Of a stretch of DNA of 64,000 nucleotides, positions 1 to 9,206 are shown one piece after another (the stretch's first letter is position 1; each line of letters begins with the position of its first letter). Position numbers and translations under genes: made by a program. The DNA is from Acidaminobacter sp. (GTDB taxonomy: Bacteria; Bacillota; Clostridia; Peptostreptococcales; Acidaminobacteraceae). The notes below the pieces were generated by a model that did not search any database, had not been told where the DNA came from, and worked only from the letters and a program-made list of their open reading frames with translations. The DNA lies in NCBI RefSeq assembly GCF_030247605.1, contig NZ_JAOTSB010000018.1:2463-66462 (forward strand), read 5' to 3'.

Positions 1-1080
1 CTGTGGAATGGTCGTCATGAGTGCGCCAAACTTAGGAATGAAGCCTGCGACCAGAACGAAGACTGCAGCGAACAAGAAGACAACGCGGCTGACAACTTTC
101 GTTGTGGAGACGATACCGACGTTCTGGCTGTATGTCGCAACTGGCAGACCACCAAAGAAAGCGCCAACTATGGAAGCCATGTTGCTGGCAATGATGCCGC
201 CGCGGAGCTCAGTATCCGTAACTTCGCGGTTCATACCGCCAATAGTGGTAGCGGACAAGTCGCCGACTGCTTGGATCGAGTTGACAATAAAGATAACAGC
301 CATGGAGACGATCGCTGCCGGGTGGAATTCAATTGGGAACTGGCCGAGAGCCGGAAGTGCAAACCAGGACTTTTGGCCGATGGCTGCGAAATTGACCATA
401 CCAAGCGGGAGCGCAATAGCATAACCGACGAGAATACCGATCAAGATCGAGGACAGTTTAACGATGCCCTTGCCAAATTGGCCGACGATCAATACTGTAA
501 TAAGTGTAGCGAAACCGACGATGAGCTGGTTAGGTGCGCCAAAGAGCTCAGGCGCTGTTGCTTTGAGACCTGCGCCGCCGCCAATGTAGTTGACAGCTGT
601 CGTATAGAGGGAGAGACCGATACTCATAACGACTGTGCCCGCAACAATCGGCGGGAAGTATTTTCTGAGTGGTTTGATAAAGATTCCGACCAAGATCCCT
701 ATGACACCGCCGATAATCTGTGCGCCGAGGATCCCCGGGAGTCCGTATTGTGAGCCAATAGCGGTCATAGTAGGTATGTAAGCAAAGCTGACACCCATGA
801 TGACTGGGAGCTTGGAGCCGACGATCATGACTGGGAACAGCTGAATCAGCGTAGCAATAGCTGCGAGGAACATTGCACTTTGAACGAGTGTGGCGGCGTC
901 TGCACCTTGGCCGGCGATGCCTGTTTTAGCAGCGAGGGCATTGACAGTACCTGAAATGATCAGGGCTGGCGTAATGTTGCCTACGATCATAGCAAGGACG
1001 TGCTGGAAAGAAAGCGGCAGTGCGGTCAGGAAATCAGGTTTGCCATAAAAATCAAAGATCGATGTGGACTTAGTGCTCAT
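1..1080 (-). CDS. NCS2 family nucleobase (xanthine/uracil-type) permease; N-terminus complete, C-terminus cut by window edge
   Basis: Manual reverse translation from ATG at 1080 (RBS GGAGGGGAG upstream) gives MSTKSTSIFDFYGKPDFLTALPLSFQHVLAMIVGNITPA...ATYSQNVGIVSTTKV. The frame stays open to base 1. It is a paralog of the permease at 25685-27043. It is absent from the ORF track because it has no stop in the window. Confidence 0.85.
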   Translation of the reverse strand, partial: MSTKSTSIFDFYGKPDFLTALPLSFQHVLAMIVGNITPALIISGTVNALAAKTGIAGQGADAATLVQSAMFLAAIATLIQLFPVMIVGSKLPVIMGVSFAYIPTMTAIGSQYGLPGILGAQIIGGVIGILVGIFIKPLRKYFPPIVAGTVVMSIGLSLYTTAVNYIGGGAGLKATAPELFGAPNQLIVGFATLITVLIVGQFGKGIVKLSSILIGILVGYAIALPLGMVNFAAIGQKSWFALPALGQFPIEFHPAAIVSMAVIFIVNSIQAVGDLSATTIGGMNREVTDTELRGGIIASNMASIVGAFFGGLPVATYSQNVGIVSTTKVVSRVVFLFAAVFVLVAGFIPKFGALMTTIPQ

Positions 1081-1135
1081 AAAATCTCCCCTCCAAAATG
1101 GTGTTGACATAGAATTATGAGTGCGTTTGCGTTAA

Positions 1136-1176
1136 ATAAAAAGAGTCAGCATCAATGCGCGTGCATTAATACTGAC
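1136..1176 (-). terminator. Intrinsic terminator inside the 5' leader of the permease gene (attenuator)
   Basis: 14-bp stem (1145-1158 with 1163-1176, two G-U pairs) followed by a U-run on the minus strand. It lies about 60 nt upstream of the start codon. Confidence 0.6.
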
Positions 1177-1392
1177 CCTGTAAAGCCTGAATCTTTGCTG
1201 GGTTCCAGCAGTTTTGATGAAGTTTTGAGTGACAGATACCGCATCAATCGGTTTCTGCTATGGGGCTAGTATATCATAGCAACAAAAAGGTTACAAGATT
1301 ATTTCACAGAAAAATGTGAAAAGTTCAAACGGAACGCGTATCACCTGCACGGCGGAAGGCTTGGAGGAACATGACTAAAGTTGAAATTGATC

Positions 1393-2733
1393 TTAAAGGA
1401 CGCCGTCTTCCCTCATAGCCAGCAGGCTTCGAACCGCGCCATATTGAGAATGGGCGAAGGTCAGACCGCCCTGGAAGAAAACGTCGAAAGGCTCACGAAT
1501 TGGCGCGTCAGCGCTGAGCTCAATCGAGGAGCCTTGAACAAAGGCGCCGGCAGCCATGATGACATCGCTGGTATAACCTGGCATGGCCCAAGGGAGCGGA
1601 ACCACATGGGCATCCACGGGTGCCGCGCTCTGGATGCCGCGGCAGAAGCTGATGACCCGGTCGGCGCTGCTCAGTCGGACGGCTTGAATGATATCACTGC
1701 GGTTTGCGTCCCATTTTGGATTGACATCAAAGCCGAGGCGCTCATAGAGGCGGGCGCAGAAGACCGCGCCTTTCAGTGCGGAGGCAACGACGTTTGGCGC
1801 CATGAAGAGGCCTTGAAGAATAGTGCGGTTCTGTCCAAAAGTCAAGCCGCACTCTCCGCCTATGCCCGGGGTAGTCATGCGATAGGAGACGAGTTCTACC
1901 AAGTCTTTGCGTCCGACGATATAGCCGCCGCTGAGGGCCAGGCCGCCGCCGGGATTTTTTATGAGGGAGCCGGCCATGAGGTCCGCGCCAACGCTGGTGG
2001 GCTCCTGGGTATCAATGAATTCGCCGTAGCAATTGTCGACCATAACAATGACATCCGGATCAATGGCTTTTATATGACGAATCATGCCGGCGATTTCCGG
2101 CACGGTCAGGGAGCGGCGCCAGCTGTAGCCGCTGGAACGCTGGAGGTAGATCATGCGGGGGCGCTCGGCACTGACGCAGGTGGCGATACGCTCCAAGTCG
2201 AGGCTTCCGTCCTCCAGTAGGTCGATCTGGGCATAGCGGATGCCATATTCGGACAAAGAACCCTGCCCTCTTGCCGATGGCTGCCTGTCAGCAAAACTTC
2301 CGGCACCGGCAGCTTTAACCACTGTCGAATCATTTTTTGTCGTGATCCCAATCACCTGATCCAAAGTGTCATAGGGTTTGCCCGTGACGCTGATCATCAG
2401 GTCGCCGGGGCGCAGTGTTCCCTGCAGGCAAAGGGCCAGCGCGTGAGTGCCGTTGACAATGAGGGGGCGCACCAGGGCAGCCTCTGCGTCGAAAACGGTG
2501 GCGTAGATTTTCTCAACAGTTTCGCGACCAGGATCATCATAGCCGTAGCCGGTGTTCCAGGCGAAATGCATGTCACTTAAGCGGTGCTCCTGCATGCCTT
2601 TCAGGATTTTGATCTGATTATAGGACGCCTTCGCGTCGATGTCAGCATTCAGAGCGGTAATGTCCTGCTCCACGTCTTGGACGAGGGTCAGAACATCTTC
2701 CGGGATGCCGAGAAGTTCAAGATAATGTGGCAA
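1393..2733 (-). CDS. Methionine gamma-lyase family / aluminium-resistance (YnbB-like) PLP protein
   Basis: 467-aa ORF with the family-typical NTGYGYDDPGRE and GSLIKNPGGG segments. The likely true start is the in-frame TTG at 2733, preceded by AGGGAGG; the ORF itself extends to 2796. Confidence 0.8.
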   Translation of the reverse strand: MPHYLELLGIPEDVLTLVQDVEQDITALNADIDAKASYNQIKILKGMQEHRLSDMHFAWNTGYGYDDPGRETVEKIYATVFDAEAALVRPLIVNGTHALALCLQGTLRPGDLMISVTGKPYDTLDQVIGITTKNDSTVVKAAGAGSFADRQPSARGQGSLSEYGIRYAQIDLLEDGSLDLERIATCVSAERPRMIYLQRSSGYSWRRSLTVPEIAGMIRHIKAIDPDVIVMVDNCYGEFIDTQEPTSVGADLMAGSLIKNPGGGLALSGGYIVGRKDLVELVSYRMTTPGIGGECGLTFGQNRTILQGLFMAPNVVASALKGAVFCARLYERLGFDVNPKWDANRSDIIQAVRLSSADRVISFCRGIQSAAPVDAHVVPLPWAMPGYTSDVIMAAGAFVQGSSIELSADAPIREPFDVFFQGGLTFAHSQYGAVRSLLAMREDGVL

Positions 2734-2946
2734 AAGGCAGACCTCCCTTTGGGATTTTGTTATGCGAGGTATTTCTTTACGGGGTGAAGTGGACATGAAA
2801 CGTTTTTGAGTGTCGTTTAACCTGGTTCAAAATATTACCCGAAAAATTACCTTCTTATTATTCACTTTTTTGTCACCGTCGTCAAGGCGCGGTCAATGAC
2901 TTTAGGGACGAATTGGTTGGATAAACGACCATCGGCAAAAAAACAT

Positions 2947-2977
2947 AAAAAAGAGCGCTCCATAAAGGAGCGCCCTT
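2947..2977 (-). terminator. Intrinsic terminator after hfq
   Basis: GC-rich hairpin GGGCGCTCC/GGAGCGCTC followed by a U-run on the minus strand. Confidence 0.7.
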
Positions 2978-3015
2978 CAGAGTTATGCGCCACAAGAGAT
3001 TAGGTTGCGGTTAAA

Positions 3016-3267
3016 CTAATCAACGACAGGCGGGTCCTCCGGTCTGCCGGTATTGAAATTGACCGCACGGCTAGGGATAATGGTTGAAATGGCGTGTTTG
3101 TAGATCATTTGCTGCTTGCCCTCACTGTCAAGGACTATGGTATAACTGTCAAAACCTTTGACATGGCCCTTGATCTGGTAGCCGCTGATGAGAAAAATGG
3201 TGATTTGGGTTTTATCCTTTCTCACCTGGTTGAGAAAAATGTCCTGCAGATTCAATGAGACTTTCAT
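3016..3267 (-). CDS. hfq: RNA chaperone Hfq
   Basis: 83 aa; [11 protein letters not shown]...[25 protein letters not shown] Sm-like core. Confidence 0.95.
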   Translation of the reverse strand: MKVSLNLQDIFLNQVRKDKTQITIFLISGYQIKGHVKGFDSYTIVLDSEGKQQMIYKHAISTIIPSRAVNFNTGRPEDPPVVD

Positions 3268-3271
3268 ACGA

Positions 3272-4273
3272 TTAACCCTCCCGTGACAATTTTTGACGAA
3301 TGGCTCTCTCTATCTGATCGATGACCGAATCGAGATCCGTCAGGCCGGCTGTGTCAAACCACTGAAGGGTCGGATATCGCTTGAACCAAGTGAGCTGACG
3401 CTTGGCGTAGCGCCTGGAGCTTTGCTTGATCAAATCCTTGGTCTCTTCAAGTGTTGCCAGTCCGTCTAGATATCGGAATACTTCCTTGTATCCTATACCC
3501 TGCATGGACTGACTTTTATCACTTAAACCCAAGTTTTTCAAAAAAATTATTTCGTCGATGAGGCCCGCCTCAAACATAAGGTCGACTCGCCGGTCAATCC
3601 GCTCATAGAGCGCTTGCCTATGGTCAGTGAGTCCGAGCAAAATAAAATTGAAACGCGGATTCGGAACGGGCGCGGTGTCGAAAGCCGGCGTCGCGGCACC
3701 TGTGGTCTCAAGCAGCTCCAGGGCGCGGACCACACGCCTTACATTATTGGGGTGGATTCGATCCGCAGCTTCGGGATCCTGGGCTCTGAGCCTATCATGG
3801 AGGGCATCCTTGCCCTCCTCTGTAGCTATGGCTTCAAGCCGTTTGCGCAGGGCGGCGTCCCCGCTGGCTCCGGAAAAATCCCGGTCAAACAGCAAAGCGT
3901 CGAAGTAGAGACCGGTGCCACCAACCAGAATGGGCAGTCTGCCCCTGGATAGAATGTCCTCCAGGCACTGCTCCGCAGCCGCTTTATAATCAGCGGCTGT
4001 AAATGGAAGATTGGGGTCCGCCACGTCCATCATGTGGTGAGGTACGCCCTCCTGCTCTTCTTTAGAAGGCTTCGCGCTGCCTATGTTCATGTGACGGTAA
4101 ATCTGCATGGAGTCCGCAGACACAATTTCGCCGTCAAGCCTGTGACAGAGCTCAATGGAGATCTTCGTCTTGCCAACTGCGGTTGGGCCTGCGAGCATGA
4201 CCACGTCTCTGGGGGATGCCGTGGGAGCTGGTTCGGCTGAATGGGCAGAAGTTTTTGAAAGTTGTAGAGTCAT
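3272..4273 (-). CDS. miaA: tRNA dimethylallyltransferase
   Basis: P-loop GPTAVGKT, then SADSMQIYR and GGTGLY motifs; lies between mutL and hfq. Confidence 0.95.
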   Translation of the reverse strand: MTLQLSKTSAHSAEPAPTASPRDVVMLAGPTAVGKTKISIELCHRLDGEIVSADSMQIYRHMNIGSAKPSKEEQEGVPHHMMDVADPNLPFTAADYKAAAEQCLEDILSRGRLPILVGGTGLYFDALLFDRDFSGASGDAALRKRLEAIATEEGKDALHDRLRAQDPEAADRIHPNNVRRVVRALELLETTGAATPAFDTAPVPNPRFNFILLGLTDHRQALYERIDRRVDLMFEAGLIDEIIFLKNLGLSDKSQSMQGIGYKEVFRYLDGLATLEETKDLIKQSSRRYAKRQLTWFKRYPTLQWFDTAGLTDLDSVIDQIERAIRQKLSREG

Positions 4274-4297
4274 ATCTCACCTGCTCACGTTAAGTTC

Positions 4298-6526
4298 TCA
4301 AGTTCTGAGGAATTTTTTCTCAATTTCCTGCCGTTCCATTCGCACCACGAGTGGCCGTCCGTGTGGGCAGGTATAAGGCGATTCAAGGGTTCTGAGCTCT
4401 TTGATCAATTGGGCCGCTTCAAAGGGCGTCAAGGCGTCGTTGGATTTGACAGCGGCCTTACAGGCCATGCTCATCAACCGGTCTTCAATGGGTTTCTGTG
4501 CGGCAGCGCGCAGTTCGTGGGCACTTTCTTTGTCCTTCAGCTGCTCAAAGAACCGCTTGGTACCAGGGACATCAAACAGCATTGGGACCTCTCTTAAGAT
4601 GAAGTCCGTTTCGCCGAAAGGTTCCAGGGTGAAACCAATTTTTTCAAGGGTCTCACTTCTCTCGCCCAGGAGCAGCGCTGTCGCTTGGTCGCATTCAATC
4701 AGAATGGGTTCGACTAAAAGCTGCCTCACGACTTCGCGACGCTCATAGTCGCGTTTCATCTTGGCATAAAGTATTTTTTCATGGGCGGCATGCTGATCTA
4801 TCAAAAGGATATGATTTTCCTTTTCATACATCAGGAAGGATTTGAAGAGCTGGCCAACATAGCGCGCGCTGTCATAAAGCGTCTCAGTGGGGGCCGTTTC
4901 GGTTGGTCTTGCGGCTTCTTCAAGTCCCGCAAATCTTGTCTCCGGGATCACGAGATTTTCGAGCAGCGTCGAGTCGAATCGGATGGGTTCGGAGTGCTTT
5001 GTAAAATCACGCCCGCCATAGCTGCTGCCCGACTCCCGGCTGACATTTGAGGTTTGTGTGACAGGCACATTTTTGGAGTTGGTGCCAGTCACGGAGATGG
5101 CGCTTGGGTCTGTCTCCGGATCTAAGTCGGTGCCCGTCACCGAGTCAGTATGGGTGCCTGTCACCAAATTCGTTTTGGTGTCTGACACTGATTCTGTTTT
5201 GGTGCCTGTCACTGAATTGAGTTTAGTGTCTGACCCCAAAGTGGATTCGGTGCCAGAGCTTGAACTATCTCGCCTTATATTTATGCCATTATATGGTGAT
5301 TCCGTAGGGCTTTTTGGTCTGTTGAACGAATCCAGAGCAGGTACTGGTGCCGATGGTCCCGGTTCGAAGGCCGGTTTCGCCACAAAACTTTTAACGGGAA
5401 CCTGCTGCCGCTGCTCAAGGGCCCGCTTCAACTCAACGGATAAAAAGTTCCGAAGGGCATCTTCCCTCTCGAACTTGATCTCCGTCTTTTGGGGATGAAT
5501 ATTGACATCACAGGCATCAGGCTGGATTTCCAGGTAAAGGAGCACCGCCGGAAACCGGCTTCCCGGAAGCAGTCCCTGATAGGCATATTGAATCGCGTCC
5601 AGCGTCATGCGGCTCTTCACGTAGCGCCCGTTGACAAAGGTCATCTGATAGTTGCGGTTGCCCCGTGTATAGTCAATCTTGGAGGCCCAGCCTGTCACTT
5701 TGACAAGCTCATTTTCAAAGCTGAACTCGAATAAAGAACGTGTCAGCCCACGCTCTAAAGTGGCGTAAGCCGCTGAAAAAACCTTATCATCTCCCGGCGT
5801 CTTGAAGACCAGCCTCTTATCGAGGACGAACTGAAAGGAAATCCCGGGATGGGACAAGGCCAGCTTGGTCATCAAGTCACTGATATAAGCGGCTTCTGAG
5901 GCCGCAGATTTCATAAACTTCAGCCGTGCCGGCGTATTGAAGAAAAGATCTTTGACGACAACGGTCGTACCGTGGGCCGCAGAGGTTGCTCTGCGGTCAG
6001 TCTCCCGGCCGCCGGCCAGGGTCATGTGAAGGCCTTCCTCGTCCTTTTGCCGCCGCGTGGTCAGCTCCAGATACGACACAGCTGCAATGCTGGACAGCGC
6101 TTCACCTCTAAAACCCAAAGTCCTGAGGGACACCAGGTCGTCTATGGAGGCGACTTTGCTGGTAGCGTGGCGTTCAAAAGCCAGGGGCACATCCTCCGGA
6201 TTCATGCCGCAGCCGTTGTCTGTGACGCGAATGTACTTCTTCCCGCCCTGCTCGACCTCGACGACAATACGGGTAGACCCGGCATCAATCGCGTTTTCAA
6301 CCAATTCTTTGATGACCGCCGCAGGGCGTTCGACAACCTCGCCGGCAGCGATTTTATCCGATACTTGAGGTGACAGTCTTTGGATCCGTTTGGGCTCGGG
6401 GAGGGTATGGGCTTCGGTGACCACTGGATGAATCTGTTCTGGTACGGATGAAGTCAAGACATCATCACCTTCATGTCCAGCGAGCTGTTCTTCATTCATT
6501 GATTTGTTTGGTTGGGTCATCCTCAT
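4298..6526 (-). CDS. mutL: DNA mismatch repair protein MutL with an expanded repetitive linker
   Basis: IAAGEVVERPAAVIKELVENAIDAG GHKL ATPase N-terminus and a C-terminal dimerisation/endonuclease domain (DQHAAHEKI). 742 aa, against roughly 615-630 aa for E. coli and B. subtilis MutL. Confidence 0.95.
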   Translation of the reverse strand: MRMTQPNKSMNEEQLAGHEGDDVLTSSVPEQIHPVVTEAHTLPEPKRIQRLSPQVSDKIAAGEVVERPAAVIKELVENAIDAGSTRIVVEVEQGGKKYIRVTDNGCGMNPEDVPLAFERHATSKVASIDDLVSLRTLGFRGEALSSIAAVSYLELTTRRQKDEEGLHMTLAGGRETDRRATSAAHGTTVVVKDLFFNTPARLKFMKSAASEAAYISDLMTKLALSHPGISFQFVLDKRLVFKTPGDDKVFSAAYATLERGLTRSLFEFSFENELVKVTGWASKIDYTRGNRNYQMTFVNGRYVKSRMTLDAIQYAYQGLLPGSRFPAVLLYLEIQPDACDVNIHPQKTEIKFEREDALRNFLSVELKRALEQRQQVPVKSFVAKPAFEPGPSAPVPALDSFNRPKSPTESPYNGINIRRDSSSSGTESTLGSDTKLNSVTGTKTESVSDTKTNLVTGTHTDSVTGTDLDPETDPSAISVTGTNSKNVPVTQTSNVSRESGSSYGGRDFTKHSEPIRFDSTLLENLVIPETRFAGLEEAARPTETAPTETLYDSARYVGQLFKSFLMYEKENHILLIDQHAAHEKILYAKMKRDYERREVVRQLLVEPILIECDQATALLLGERSETLEKIGFTLEPFGETDFILREVPMLFDVPGTKRFFEQLKDKESAHELRAAAQKPIEDRLMSMACKAAVKSNDALTPFEAAQLIKELRTLESPYTCPHGRPLVVRMERQEIEKKFLRT
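5058..5262. repeat. 24-bp phased array (9 units) with core GTGNCNGNCAC, in frame inside the mutL linker
   Basis: Cores start at 5058, 5082, 5106, 5130, 5154, 5178, 5202, 5226 and 5250, exactly 24 bp apart. The first core is GTGACAGGCAC and the last is GTGCCAGAGCT, as in the intergenic arrays. Confidence 0.85.
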
Positions 6527-9189
6527 CTCCCCTTTCCGCTGCTGCCGTTAATTCTTCGCGCCTCATTGATCAGGCGGTCCAGCGCGCCCATAGCCTCAAG
6601 GGGTGTCATTTTCAGCACGTCCAGGGTTGCCATCTCTGACACAAGGTTTTCGGCCTGGCCGGACGTCAGAAAGCTCAGCTGCTGCATCACAGGCGTTGGC
6701 TCAGAAGGCATAACCGGGTCGAGGTCATTTAGCTGCTGAATATTATTATTGATATCATTTTCCTCAAGCTTTTTCAGAATCTGTCTTGCCCGCGTCACCA
6801 CAGCCTCCGGCAGGCCCGCCAGCCGAGCCACCTGAATGCCGAAGCTCTGATTGGCGCCGCCGCGGACGATCTTGCGAAGGAACACAATATCCTCTCCCTG
6901 CTCCCGAACGGCAATGCAGAAGTTCTTGACACCGCTGAACTTCCCTTCCAGCTCCGTCAGCTCGTGATAATGGGTCGCAAACATAGTCTTTGCGCGGATG
7001 CCGCTGCGTCGTGACAGGTGCTCTACCACGGCCCAGGCAATACTGAGGCCGTCATAAGTGCTGGTGCCCCGGCCTATTTCATCCAGCAGAATGAGCGACT
7101 GTGACGTCGCGTGGCGCAGGATGTGGGACAGCTCGATCATCTCCACCATAAAGGTGGATTGGCCCTGTGAGAGGTCATCAGAGGCGCCTACGCGGGTAAA
7201 GATCCGGTCTACCGGGAACAGTGATGCCCGGTGGGCTGGGACGAAGGAGCCAATCTGATACAGCAGCGTAATCAGCGCTACCTGCCGCAGATAGGTCGAC
7301 TTACCGGCCATGTTGGGGCCGGTGATGATGTGAAATTGCTGCTCATCCTGGTCCAGGGACGCATCATTGGGGATGAACGGCACCTTGGGGAACATCTTTT
7401 CGATCACCGGATGTCGTCCGCCTTCAATGGTTAAAGCACCGGGCTCTCCAGTGAGGGGGCGGCAGTAATTCTGCACATAGGCCAGCTCCGCCAGACCCGT
7501 GAGGACATCAATGGAAGCCACTGCATCTGCAGTTCGTTTCAGCCGTGAGACTTCGGCCAGCACTAAAGTACGAATCTCGCTGAACAGCTCATATTCGAGG
7601 CCGGTGATGCGCTCCTCGGCACCCAAAACCTTTTCCTCCAGGGACTTCAGTTCCGGGGTAATATAGCGCTCGGAATTGGCCAAGGTCTGCTTGCGCTGGT
7701 AATCCTCCGGGGCCAGGTGACTGTTGGTGCGGGTGATATCCAGATAATAGCCAAAGACTTTATTGAAGCCCACTTTAAGGGATTTTATGCCGGTACGCTG
7801 ACGTTCGCGGGTCTCCAGATCCAGGATCCACTGCTTCCCGTTTTGGACAATATCCCTCAGTTCAGCCAGGTCGGCGTTGTAATCAGAGCGGATCAAGCCC
7901 CCCTCTTTGACAGAGATGGGCGGCTCGTCCGCGATGGAACGGTCTATTAAATCATAAACGTCTTCAAGAGGATCAATCTCGCCCCTGAGTTGATTGAGCA
8001 GAGTCGCGTCCGCGTCGCTGAGGATGGCCTTGAGGTCCGGCAGAATAGCCAGGGAGGATTTCAGCGCCAGAAGGTCCCTGGCATTGACAGTCCCGAAGAC
8101 CAGCTTCGAAGAAAGTCGTTCCAGGTCGTAAACGGACTTGAGGAGCTCCCGGACCTCACTCCGGAGGATCAGATCGTTGACGAAGAGGTCAACGGTTTCC
8201 AGGCGCTGCTCAATAGCCTCTGTATCCAGCAGTGGCCGTTCGAGCCATTGGCGTAGCCTGCGGCCGCCCATGCTGGTGGCCGTATGGTCCAGAACCCAAA
8301 GGAGTGAACCGCGCTTGCGCTTATCCCTAAGGGTCTCTACAATCTCCAGGTTGCGCCAGGCAAACTTGTCCAGCATCATGAACTGACCGGTCTGATAGAC
8401 CAGGATCTGCTCAAAATGCCGGAGATCCACCTTTTGGGTTTCTTCAATATAAGCCAGCAAGCCGCCCACAGCGCCCAGCTGAGCACTGTCAGGAACGAGG
8501 CCCAGCCCTTCCAGGGACAAAACACTATAAACCCGACGAATCAATGGTGCAGCTTGATTAGGGTCGAAATAAGCATCCGGTACTGTGGTCATAGTGTAGC
8601 CTTCGGCCGTCAAGGTTGACATAATATTATTATGTAAACCGTCAAACCCTTTACTCACAATAATCTCACTTGGCTTAACTTTGAGAATTTCTTCCAGCAC
8701 CCGGTCAACGCCTTTTTCGGGATCAAAAAGGGTTGTCTTCAGCTCGCCCGTCGTAATATCCGCGTAGGCCACAGACCAGGCATTCCTCTCATTCAGCGCC
8801 AGGACGTAGTTATTTTCCCTCTCATCCAAAAAGGCCGGATCAATGACCGTACCCGGCGTCAGGATCCGCACCACTTCACGCTTGACCAGCCCCTTGGCGA
8901 GGGCCGGATCCTCCACCTGCTCGCAGATGGCAACTTTGTAGCCCTTTTCCACCAGTCTTGAGAGGTACACATCCGCCGCATGATAAGGGACGCCGCATAG
9001 CGGCGCCCGTTCCTCCAGACCGCAGTTGCGGCCGGTCAGCGTCAATTCCAGCTCCCTGGAAGCGGTGACAGCGTCATCAAAAAACATCTCATAAAAGTCG
9101 CCGAGCCTATAAAACAGGATATAGTCCTGATAGCTGTTCTTAATCTCAAAATACTGCCGCATCATGGGCGTCAACTTGTCGTAGTCCAC
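6523..9189 (-). CDS. mutS: DNA mismatch repair protein MutS
   Basis: 888 aa; MMRQYFEIK N-terminus and Walker A GPNMAGKST. Confidence 0.97.
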   Translation of the reverse strand: MDYDKLTPMMRQYFEIKNSYQDYILFYRLGDFYEMFFDDAVTASRELELTLTGRNCGLEERAPLCGVPYHAADVYLSRLVEKGYKVAICEQVEDPALAKGLVKREVVRILTPGTVIDPAFLDERENNYVLALNERNAWSVAYADITTGELKTTLFDPEKGVDRVLEEILKVKPSEIIVSKGFDGLHNNIMSTLTAEGYTMTTVPDAYFDPNQAAPLIRRVYSVLSLEGLGLVPDSAQLGAVGGLLAYIEETQKVDLRHFEQILVYQTGQFMMLDKFAWRNLEIVETLRDKRKRGSLLWVLDHTATSMGGRRLRQWLERPLLDTEAIEQRLETVDLFVNDLILRSEVRELLKSVYDLERLSSKLVFGTVNARDLLALKSSLAILPDLKAILSDADATLLNQLRGEIDPLEDVYDLIDRSIADEPPISVKEGGLIRSDYNADLAELRDIVQNGKQWILDLETRERQRTGIKSLKVGFNKVFGYYLDITRTNSHLAPEDYQRKQTLANSERYITPELKSLEEKVLGAEERITGLEYELFSEIRTLVLAEVSRLKRTADAVASIDVLTGLAELAYVQNYCRPLTGEPGALTIEGGRHPVIEKMFPKVPFIPNDASLDQDEQQFHIITGPNMAGKSTYLRQVALITLLYQIGSFVPAHRASLFPVDRIFTRVGASDDLSQGQSTFMVEMIELSHILRHATSQSLILLDEIGRGTSTYDGLSIAWAVVEHLSRRSGIRAKTMFATHYHELTELEGKFSGVKNFCIAVREQGEDIVFLRKIVRGGANQSFGIQVARLAGLPEAVVTRARQILKKLEENDINNNIQQLNDLDPVMPSEPTPVMQQLSFLTSGQAENLVSEMATLDVLKMTPLEAMGALDRLINEARRINGSSGKGR

Positions 9190-9206
9190 TTCAGAACCCC
9201 CTCAAC

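Noticed and set aside
1381-2220. Long plus-strand ORFs antisense to well-supported minus-strand genes, or the reverse. Examples: 271-753, 1381-2220, 14772-15311, 16378-17046, 25658-26518, 27540-28226, 54416-55372 and 57414-58049.
   Set aside because: Each lies entirely inside a gene with a clear family-specific protein sequence on the other strand. Their translations are low-complexity or R/A/G-rich with no recognisable motifs, and they lack RBS-like sequences. They are treated as shadow ORFs.
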